Counted from the stretch's first letter, positions 6,961-14,422 are shown. The stretch: DNA of 15,609 bases from a virus (IMGVR_UViG_3300043410_000715:89711-105319); one strand, 5' to 3'. Notes: generated by a model from the letters alone, not told the origin. Translations and numbers: made by a program.

Positions 6961-9528
6961 TTAGTATTTTCCGTTGGGATTTGCGTTTGGTGGTATGCCC
7001 GCTCTACTTGTTTTCCAGTAGAAGGCTTTTGCGTTCTTTTTGATACTGTCAGGGTGAACGTCTACTGTTAGTGCAGTCTTAAAGCGAGGATCGTTACGTT
7101 CTGCATAGCTAGGAATGTAGCCGCTTGCTTCTTCTAATTGAATGTTGACTTTTTTGATTCTACTAGGATCAATTATAGTGTCAACTATCAATTCATAGTC
7201 AGCACCTTTACTGATGTTCTTTTCTAAACCAGAAACGTCAATCTTTAGCATAGTCAACGGTTCATCGTCAAACTCGTCACCTAGCCAATTCATAACTGCA
7301 TCTTCTGCGCTTGTCCTGTCTGGAAATACATAGATTCCAGACTTCTCACCTGCTATCTGACTTGTTCTATCACCTACAGTAGGTTTAAGACCTTGCTTTG
7401 CTATTGACTTTAAATTTCTTGTAGGAGTTACATGATAGACAAACTGAGGTGTGGATTCTGCTTCTGCTACGCCCTGTTTCAACCTAGTCAATTCGTATAC
7501 TACTTGGTCGCCGTGATCCTCACTATATTCATCATATCCCCATGCTCTAGCGTATCGTCTAATTAAACTGTTGTATAGTTTTGCTCTGCTCTCACTATTT
7601 TTTGCATCGTTGGGATCCTTAGAGGCAGAAAATATTAGACGCCAAGGATGTTCTTTTTGAATGAATTGATGGATCGCACTGATTACGGTAGCAAATACTC
7701 TTTGTGCATCACCTTCGCCGGTGACCCCCATGCTGAAGTTCCTATCAAATCTCACATGCCATTCATCATCGCCTTCAGGTTCAATCATAATGCTTAACAG
7801 TGTACCATCGTCTAATGTAGCTAGTGCATCGTAATCGCCGAAATCACTTTTTTCCCAAGTAAAGGGATAGGGTTTATCAAATGCTTCAGACAATGTTTCT
7901 TTTGAGAGTTTTTCTACTTTATCTACAGCTTTTTTCAATGCGTCATCATAACCATTCTGTTTAGCTTCTTGTCTGGTCATTCCCAAGAACTGACTTAGCA
8001 TTTCTTTAGCAACTTGATTTGATAATTTTTGTCTAGTATCGCTATTAACCCTTAAATGACTTATGCTCCAATATAGAGCATCAGATAATCGTTTCATACT
8101 TAACTTGTCACCTTGTACATAGTTGTTGAATGTCTTATGTTGCTTGATAGCTCTTGGGTCTAAGATACATCCCTGATATGGTTCGCCAAACGCAATCCAA
8201 CTTTTACCTTCATCAAGCAATACAGTAAATCCCAAATTTCGTAGTATCTTATTCCATACAATGATTTTACGTTCGTCATTCTTGAATCGTCTACTTAATG
8301 CGTCATATGTAAACCATAATGCATCATTGATACCTTTCCTAGCACTCATGCTAGGCTCATCAATAGCATATTGTATATCACTATCTGTTATACCATACTC
8401 AGCTAATACTCTTTTCATGTCCTCGAAAGGGACTTTAGTATTAGGAGTCATCATGTGGCTAGTATCAAATTGTAACAACTGCATGTATGGTAAGTGGTCA
8501 CCCCAAGGCAAACGCTTTTTGTTGTCCAACATGCGTAAGAAATAATCTAATGGATAGAAATAAATGCCTTTAGGTGTGTCTTCGCTGACACTCGGTTGAG
8601 GATTGATACCTAACTTAGGAAGTAATGTCATGCTTACTCCCCAGTTACTTTTATCTCTGATACCTTCTGCGTAAGAAGCCAGTTCATATTTACCTGAACC
8701 ATACCTGTAATTCTGTTCAGGATTCGCTCTTGCTTCGTCTACTTCTTGTTGATTAAATTCTCTAGCAAACTTTTCTGCCAAGTTATCTTCTTGAACCTTA
8801 ATAGGGTCTTGGTACATTGTTTCAATAGTCAAATGTTCACTATGCAACTTGTCTCTCAGTGCATATAGTTTATCTATGTATCCTTGACTACGTAATGCTT
8901 TATATGCTAAGTTTTCAGGACCAAACTCCCCACCTTTGTCTAGTCCTGCTTTTCTATATTGTTTTATCTTTTTGATTATGTTTTCTATCTTCTTCAATTT
9001 ACTTGAGGTGAGCGCAAATTGAACTAATTCTAATAATTTATCGTATTTTGCTCTGGTAGCAGTTTGGTCAAAATTTGCTCTGCGCTTAGTTGGGATTCTA
9101 AGCCATTTGTTATCCTTGATACTGTACTCACCTAGACTTACGACTGGTTCTCTGGCGTCTTGTACGTATATTTCTACTGGTACCCCGTGTATTAAAATGT
9201 TATGTGTGTCGTTATAGATAATCTTTTTTGCATGGAATAATTCTCTATAGATATCATCATTTTCTAATCTGCTCATATCTATTAGAATGTGTAAATCTAA
9301 ATCTGAATGTGGTGTATAACTATATGCGGCGTTTGAACCCGAGACTGTTAAATCTTGTACTTCCAAATCGTGAACGCCTAATTCTGATAGAAAATCTTGT
9401 GCAACAAGTTCTAATTGTTTTTTTACTTCCGGACGCAAATGATTATTTCTCCATAACTTTGGATTCAATTCGTTATGGAAAGTGATTGCGTCAGATATCT
9501 TAAAACTGTCTAATTCTCGTAAATTCAT
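6961..9528 (-). CDS. ~855-aa multi-enzyme protein: Pol-beta-superfamily nucleotidyltransferase, ART-like module, GNAT-like repeat module, H-x-T ADP-ribosyltransferase/KptA-like module and a short terminal module (start revised from TTG 9543 to ATG 9528)
   Basis: SGSNAAYSYTPHSDLDLHILID (9295-9339) plus VEIYVQD; TPKGIYFYP...EPYQGCILDPRAIK; TGEGDAQRVFATV...RAKLY; YHVTPTRNLKSIAKQGLKP...GIYVF...YE..V..IIDP..I. Modules are bounded by VDE|A, LSE|A, VAE|A and LEE|A. Confidence 0.8.
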   Translation of the reverse strand: MNLRELDSFKISDAITFHNELNPKLWRNNHLRPEVKKQLELVAQDFLSELGVHDLEVQDLTVSGSNAAYSYTPHSDLDLHILIDMSRLENDDIYRELFHAKKIIYNDTHNILIHGVPVEIYVQDAREPVVSLGEYSIKDNKWLRIPTKRRANFDQTATRAKYDKLLELVQFALTSSKLKKIENIIKKIKQYRKAGLDKGGEFGPENLAYKALRSQGYIDKLYALRDKLHSEHLTIETMYQDPIKVQEDNLAEKFAREFNQQEVDEARANPEQNYRYGSGKYELASYAEGIRDKSNWGVSMTLLPKLGINPQPSVSEDTPKGIYFYPLDYFLRMLDNKKRLPWGDHLPYMQLLQFDTSHMMTPNTKVPFEDMKRVLAEYGITDSDIQYAIDEPSMSARKGINDALWFTYDALSRRFKNDERKIIVWNKILRNLGFTVLLDEGKSWIAFGEPYQGCILDPRAIKQHKTFNNYVQGDKLSMKRLSDALYWSISHLRVNSDTRQKLSNQVAKEMLSQFLGMTRQEAKQNGYDDALKKAVDKVEKLSKETLSEAFDKPYPFTWEKSDFGDYDALATLDDGTLLSIMIEPEGDDEWHVRFDRNFSMGVTGEGDAQRVFATVISAIHQFIQKEHPWRLIFSASKDPNDAKNSESRAKLYNSLIRRYARAWGYDEYSEDHGDQVVYELTRLKQGVAEAESTPQFVYHVTPTRNLKSIAKQGLKPTVGDRTSQIAGEKSGIYVFPDRTSAEDAVMNWLGDEFDDEPLTMLKIDVSGLEKNISKGADYELIVDTIIDPSRIKKVNIQLEEASGYIPSYAERNDPRFKTALTVDVHPDSIKKNAKAFYWKTSRAGIPPNANPNGKY

Positions 9529-9533
9529 ATATG

Positions 9534-9540
9534 TATTTAT
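9534..9540 (-). promoter_or_regulatory. T4-like late promoter motif ATAAATA, 5 nt upstream of ATG 9528
   Basis: Minus strand reads G-ATAAATA-CATAT-ATG, immediately after a terminator and with no Shine-Dalgarno. Confidence 0.7.
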
Positions 9541-9541
9541 C

Positions 9542-9567
9542 AAAACTAAAGCCCCTTTCGGGGCTTT
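9542..9567 (-). terminator. Rho-independent terminator after the glycosyltransferase gene
   Basis: Minus strand: AAAGCCCC-GAAA-GGGGCTTT-AGTTTT, a perfect 8-bp stem with a GNRA tetraloop and a U-rich tail, 3 nt after the stop. Confidence 0.85.
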
Positions 9568-9570
9568 GTA

Positions 9571-10458
9571 TTATTTGACTTCGTTACCGTCTTTATCGAC
9601 TAGTTTCATGCCTTTTTGTCGTTGTGCATCTAAGAACATAGGTCCTACTGTGTTTAATAGATGTTCTTGATTTTCCATACAGAATACGTATGAACCACTG
9701 TGACGTAATAATACACGCTTGTCAACCCAAATCTTACCACCCATGTCACGCCAGTTTTCACAGAATGTCCAGTCTTCACTGTAGTAACGATTCTGACGAA
9801 CTGCTGTGTCAAAGTATGTTTTTAAGTGTTGGTCGTACTTTGGATCAAGACCGATATCGTTCTTGTACTGTTTAACAGCTGGATGTGTCTTCATCTTCTC
9901 AAATACATGCTTCTTCATCAACAAGAAACCTGTACCAGCTTTACTTACTTCTTGTAATCCGTCTGGTCCTTCTTCTGCTCCTTCAAAGCCGTTAACAACC
10001 CACTTGATAGGCATCGTCTTCATTGGGTACAAACCACCGATAACGTCTTTGTCGTGATTCAACAAGACTAGTAAGTGCCATGGTTCCCAACCAATGTCAG
10101 CATCAACAAAGAATAAGTGAGTAGCTTCAGGCATATCCAAGAACTTTGCAGTTAGTGTATTACGTGCTCGGCTAATCAATGATTCGTTGACCATTGTTTC
10201 TAATGTCCAATCAATACCAAGTTGACGGGCTGTGTTTGCCCACTTGATAAATGACATGAATGTAGATTCTGTTAACATACCACCATAACATGGCATAGCA
10301 ATGTGTACTCGGGTAGTTTTTAAAAAGTCTACGTTAACTTGAACTTGACCCTGTTGCGGGGCTTGTTGTTGTTCTTGTGCGGCTTGTTCCGCAATTTCAT
10401 GTACCTTTTCTACGGGTACTGTTTTTTCTTCAGTTTTTTTGGTTTTCTTTGTTGCCAT
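9571..10458 (-). CDS. GT-A fold (GT2-like) glycosyltransferase
   Basis: HIAMPCY, ESLISRARN, HLFFVDAD (DxD), IGGLYPMK, AGTGFLLM, SEDWTFC and LRHSG motifs. RBS AGAGG lies 5 nt before the ATG. Confidence 0.85.
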   Translation of the reverse strand: MATKKTKKTEEKTVPVEKVHEIAEQAAQEQQQAPQQGQVQVNVDFLKTTRVHIAMPCYGGMLTESTFMSFIKWANTARQLGIDWTLETMVNESLISRARNTLTAKFLDMPEATHLFFVDADIGWEPWHLLVLLNHDKDVIGGLYPMKTMPIKWVVNGFEGAEEGPDGLQEVSKAGTGFLLMKKHVFEKMKTHPAVKQYKNDIGLDPKYDQHLKTYFDTAVRQNRYYSEDWTFCENWRDMGGKIWVDKRVLLRHSGSYVFCMENQEHLLNTVGPMFLDAQRQKGMKLVDKDGNEVK

Positions 10459-10463
10459 TTGGT

Positions 10464-10500
10464 CCTCTTTAAAGATGTAAATATTTACACTCTAAAGAGG
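10464..10500 (-). promoter_or_regulatory. Long hairpin that sequesters the glycosyltransferase RBS, with late-promoter motif TAAATA (10482-10487) at its apex
   Basis: Minus strand: CCTCTTTAGAG-TGTAAA-TA-TTTACA-T-CTTTAAAGAGG-ACCAA-ATG, about 16 bp with one G-U pair and one bulge. Confidence 0.8.
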
Positions 10501-10508
10501 GGGTCAAA

Positions 10509-13500
10509 TTATTTTTCTTCTAGATAATCATCGGCAACTTGCATTATTTTTTTATGGTCTTGCTTGATTTTATTCAAATCTGCTTTAATTTGCTTGATGT
10601 CCTGATCTTGTTCAGTATCTTCTTCTTCACTATGTTTTAACGCACGTTGGACATACTTCATAAAAGCCTGTTGCTTTGTGGGCGCATTTGGATAATGCTG
10701 TTGAACATAGTTCAAAATCTGCTGAGTTTCTGGATTCATATAGATGAATTCATCATCTTCTTTGTCACGTGACAACTCATCCAATTGTTGTTCACGCATT
10801 GGATCTTGCCCAGCACGAACTTTCTTATACCATCTTACTAGTTCATGGTCTGTGGCTAGTTCCAAATAGTTTACTTCCCAATCCATCTTCTGTGCCAAGT
10901 ATCTAATGATACGCTGTCTGTCAGAATAATTTAAAAGACTCTCAACTATTTTTTCTTTGCCATTCATTGACTCTTTAAGTCTTGCCAATTGCTCATAAAT
11001 TTTTTGTTTCTGAGCAGGTGTAGCTGTCTCAAGCATAGGCTTGATACGTTTAATGTATTCTTTAATGGCTTGTTGTTGAATGCCCATATTCTTTTTTGTA
11101 GTATCCATTAAATGTTCTATCCAATCTGAACCTAGTTTTTTAACATCAAATGCATTTAACCAAGTTTTTAATTTTTGTTGTTCGGAAGCATTTGGATCTT
11201 TTAATACGTTACGCAATTGTGTGAAACTAATACCAGTTCCACCTTTATTTGGGTCACGTTCTGTTCGCACTGTTTCAAAGTCTACTTGATTTTGTGTGCC
11301 ACCATACTTAGCAAGTGCGGCTGGATCCTTCATTCGCTTTTCTAAGCTATCCATCCAATTTTTCATGCCCTCATAACGGTCATCGCCCACTAACAATACG
11401 ATTTTATTGTATGGACTATTAACTGGTAATACAAGTTCTTTTTCAATTTTCTTCATTGGGGTTCCGCGAGAATCCCAAACTTGAATATTGTTTGCGTATT
11501 GTGGATATAGTTTACGTAATGTTGTTACTTTATCCCCTGGTGGAATAGGATCATCTGCACCCATCACAGGGCTAACATAGATGTATGGATCACCACCTAA
11601 TTTTTGTGCTGTAGCAATCGTTTGATTAATTAATTGCTCATGTCCTTTATGACCAACAAAACTACCAATAGTAACTACTGCTGGCTTAACACGATTGTCA
11701 CCTGTAGTTGGCTTTTTGTTTGCTAATTGTTTGTCAGCCATTTTCTTTTGCATGTCAGTGCTAGTAACTTTTGCAAGTGTACCGCTTGGCATGTTGATGA
11801 CCAGACCTTCAATCATATCACCCAATTGATCTTTACCAGGAATATCGCTTTTAATAATAGCGTTGCTTAATGCTTGTCTTGCTTTGCTCAAAATAGCTTT
11901 GGCTTGTTGTTTTGCAGGACTATCACCTCGTGTTGAAACTGCTTGCGTCAATGCTTCTGCGTTTTTAACGACAGGGTTAACAATCTTGCTCACATCTATT
12001 CCACGGTGGCTAAGTGTGTTGTTAATGATTTTGATATCTTTTGAACTGTCTTTAACTAACGCTTTTTTAATTTCTGCTGAGTCAGGTCTTGGTTCACCGG
12101 TGCTATATTGTCTGACGCTGATCGGAACTAATGTCATAACAGAACCTAATTTCTTAGGATCATATGGAATATTAACAAACTTCAATCGACCACCATCTTC
12201 TTTCTGAGCCATTGGATTGAATAACATTTCTGCCTGCACGATTGTGTCAGGGGGAATATCTTTCATAAACTTAGCATTAACAATTGTGCTTAATGCACTG
12301 TCATAATTTTTTGTTCGTGCTAATTGTTCTTCAGTTTGACCTTGTTTTCTACCATATATTTCAAAGTCACCGATATTATCCTTAGTCATTGGTGTATCTA
12401 CACGACTGGTCATGAAGAATGGTTCACCTTCGGCTGTTCTACCAAAGCGAATACCCGCACCATCGACTTTTAAATTGATAGGTACCCCTTCAAATTTACC
12501 ACCATCTTCTGCAATCTCTCTACAGAAGTTGATAAAGTCTACGTCTTTCATCTCAGTAGATGAACCTGGGTTGTAAATATGCTGAATGCCTTTACGCTTG
12601 TAATTGGGTGCTGCCTCATCTAGCGTATTCTTAGCCATGCTTTTAACTGTGTCTTTTCTCGACTGCACACCTTCGTCAGCTGGTGTCATCTTGTATGCTT
12701 TTCTGTAATCTTGTAACATTTTATTTAAGTTAGCAGGATTAGGTAACTTCAATGTTTTTAACATTGTGTTGATAGCAGTAGTCTTTTCAGCAATGTCTTT
12801 GTCAGGGTTATTTTTATACATACCCTGTGCACCTGGTCCTATTGTCTTTTCTAAGAAACCATTTAACACTTGTTGTTTTTCTTCTGGGCTCATTAGTGTG
12901 TTCATTACTTGTAACAACCCAGTGAATGACCAGAAATTCTTTTCTAATGCTTTTGCTTGCTGTGGCTTTAACTTTTCTCCCAATATGTTAGAGAAAATTT
13001 GTCCTATGTTTTGTTCATAACCTGATGTTGGTGCTTCACGCATCACAGGTAAGCCATCAATCATTAATGGTTTATTACCATCCATTACAGGTTCATACTT
13101 AGCACGTAAGCCGCCACCTTCTTTACTTGATACAGCAAAACTAAACATGTTGTCTGTCATAGGTGTGTCAACTTCTTGACGTAACTTACCACGACCCTTC
13201 ATCTTGCGTAAGATAAAATCTTTTCTAGTTAATGCAGTGAATGCTTGAATCAACCATTTATGGAACACACCCTTTACACCTGCTTGTAAATCGTCCCATG
13301 AACTTGAATGGCTGAAACGTGCCCAATCAGTTGGAACACCTTTGTCAAACTGTACAAACTCAAAGTCAATCTGTACTTTAACTGGTGGGTCTTGCATTTC
13401 AAACAATGCTGAGAATTGTTCATTCCCTCTTTGAAAACCTAATAATACAGCAGGGCCAATTCTCTTGTTTTCATTTTTTAATAAGAACTCTTGTAACTCT

Positions 13501-13838
13501 GGTTCTTTTTCCTTGTTCACCATTGTGTCAATGTCACCTACTGTGGGTTTCTTTGCTACGAATGTTTCGTCATCTATGCCCTTGACATTGAAAAAATGTA
13601 GTGAGCTACCGCTTAAGAATTGACCACTCTTTAACAGAGCCGGTCCCCATAATGGAGTCTTATACATTTTTTGAAACTGTGCATCGATGGCATGTAATAA
13701 CTCGTTTAACTTAGGAACCATGAAAGCACGATTTGTAACTTTTAAATCTAGGTGTTGTGCTTCATGCCCGCCTATAGCAAGATTACCACCTTCAAATAGT
13801 GATTTTTTGTTTTCTACTAATAGGTGACTGATTTTCAT
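10509..13838 (-). CDS. 1109-aa protein with a Pol-beta-like nucleotidyltransferase, a KxDG ligase-type covalent nucleotidyltransferase and a HIGH/HUP cytidyltransferase-like domain
   Basis: LSGSS (13602-13616), GDID (13527-13538) and QIDF; LKVDG (12459-12470), QAEM, IEGLVI (11796-11810) and AKV, matching ligase motifs I, III, IV and V; IGSFVGHKGH (11640-11666), LLVGDDR and ISFTQLR. Confidence 0.82.
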   Translation of the reverse strand: MKISHLLVENKKSLFEGGNLAIGGHEAQHLDLKVTNRAFMVPKLNELLHAIDAQFQKMYKTPLWGPALLKSGQFLSGSSLHFFNVKGIDDETFVAKKPTVGDIDTMVNKEKEPELQEFLLKNENKRIGPAVLLGFQRGNEQFSALFEMQDPPVKVQIDFEFVQFDKGVPTDWARFSHSSSWDDLQAGVKGVFHKWLIQAFTALTRKDFILRKMKGRGKLRQEVDTPMTDNMFSFAVSSKEGGGLRAKYEPVMDGNKPLMIDGLPVMREAPTSGYEQNIGQIFSNILGEKLKPQQAKALEKNFWSFTGLLQVMNTLMSPEEKQQVLNGFLEKTIGPGAQGMYKNNPDKDIAEKTTAINTMLKTLKLPNPANLNKMLQDYRKAYKMTPADEGVQSRKDTVKSMAKNTLDEAAPNYKRKGIQHIYNPGSSTEMKDVDFINFCREIAEDGGKFEGVPINLKVDGAGIRFGRTAEGEPFFMTSRVDTPMTKDNIGDFEIYGRKQGQTEEQLARTKNYDSALSTIVNAKFMKDIPPDTIVQAEMLFNPMAQKEDGGRLKFVNIPYDPKKLGSVMTLVPISVRQYSTGEPRPDSAEIKKALVKDSSKDIKIINNTLSHRGIDVSKIVNPVVKNAEALTQAVSTRGDSPAKQQAKAILSKARQALSNAIIKSDIPGKDQLGDMIEGLVINMPSGTLAKVTSTDMQKKMADKQLANKKPTTGDNRVKPAVVTIGSFVGHKGHEQLINQTIATAQKLGGDPYIYVSPVMGADDPIPPGDKVTTLRKLYPQYANNIQVWDSRGTPMKKIEKELVLPVNSPYNKIVLLVGDDRYEGMKNWMDSLEKRMKDPAALAKYGGTQNQVDFETVRTERDPNKGGTGISFTQLRNVLKDPNASEQQKLKTWLNAFDVKKLGSDWIEHLMDTTKKNMGIQQQAIKEYIKRIKPMLETATPAQKQKIYEQLARLKESMNGKEKIVESLLNYSDRQRIIRYLAQKMDWEVNYLELATDHELVRWYKKVRAGQDPMREQQLDELSRDKEDDEFIYMNPETQQILNYVQQHYPNAPTKQQAFMKYVQRALKHSEEEDTEQDQDIKQIKADLNKIKQDHKKIMQVADDYLEEK

Positions 13839-13839
13839 T

Positions 13840-14226
13840 TTAATAACTTAATTTAACGTATTGTACGCCACCGCCAGCAAGGTCTTCGATTTTTGCACGA
13901 ATGTAAACAAAGTTGCCCTCAACGTTTGTATAAACACTTGCATTACTTGCGATTTGCGGTGCTGAATTTGAAGCCGCATTTGCGTTTGCTTCTAGTTCAT
14001 AAACTTTGAACCAATCATCGTTACCAGGAGTCGTTGCTAAACTTGCTTGAATAACAATATTACCAGTCAAGTTAGTAGCTTTAATAGCCACTGTTTGTAG
14101 GTCTTTGTTACCCAAATAAAATGCGGCAGCTGGTTGACTGTTTCCAGTAACTGTGTATGGAGCTCCGTTTCCCGGATTGACGTAAGCTGTCTGAGGGAAA
14201 AGTATAAGTGTAGTCGTTTGTGACAT
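13840..14226 (-). CDS. Hypothetical 128-aa beta-strand-rich protein, possibly a virion structural/decoration protein
   Basis: Thr/Asn/Gly/Ala-rich with alternating hydrophobic strands (GNFVYIRAKI). Coupled on both sides (TAATG upstream, TAA-A-ATG downstream). The function is only a guess. Confidence 0.75.
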   Translation of the reverse strand: MSQTTTLILFPQTAYVNPGNGAPYTVTGNSQPAAAFYLGNKDLQTVAIKATNLTGNIVIQASLATTPGNDDWFKVYELEANANAASNSAPQIASNASVYTNVEGNFVYIRAKIEDLAGGGVQYVKLSY

Positions 14227-14393
14227 TATGCTTGTACCACTTCTACAACAATGCCATTACCCACTAGTTCTTGGGCAACTTGCTCCAACGCCGCTTTAAC
14301 TTCTTCAGTGATGCAGGTTGTTTGTCCCGGTGCACCGTCTTTAACGATTGTGCTGAATTTGATGACTAGTACATCTTCTAGAATCTTTGCCAT
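14226..14393 (-). CDS. 55-aa hypothetical protein (missed by the ORF track)
   Basis: MAKILEDVLVIKFSTIVKDGAPGQTTCITEEVKAALEQVAQELVGNGIVVEVVQA*. GGAG lies 8 nt upstream, the stop overlaps the next ATG (TAATG), and the ORF fills the gap exactly. Confidence 0.88.
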   Translation of the reverse strand: MAKILEDVLVIKFSTIVKDGAPGQTTCITEEVKAALEQVAQELVGNGIVVEVVQA

Positions 14394-14396
14394 GAA

Positions 14397-14422
14397 AAAT
14401 ACTCCATTAATAGAGTATTTAT
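14397..14422 (-). promoter_or_regulatory. Late promoter motif ATAAATA (14416-14422) overlapping the 5' arm of a hairpin that pairs with the GGAG RBS
   Basis: Minus strand: GAT-AAATACTCTA-TTAA-TGGAGTATTT-TTC-ATG, a 10-bp stem with one G-U pair and a 4-nt loop. Confidence 0.78.

Noticed and set aside
4191-12727. TAAATA copies inside coding sequence (4191, 5811, 12722)
   Set aside because: No downstream start or hairpin context; expected by chance in AT-rich DNA.
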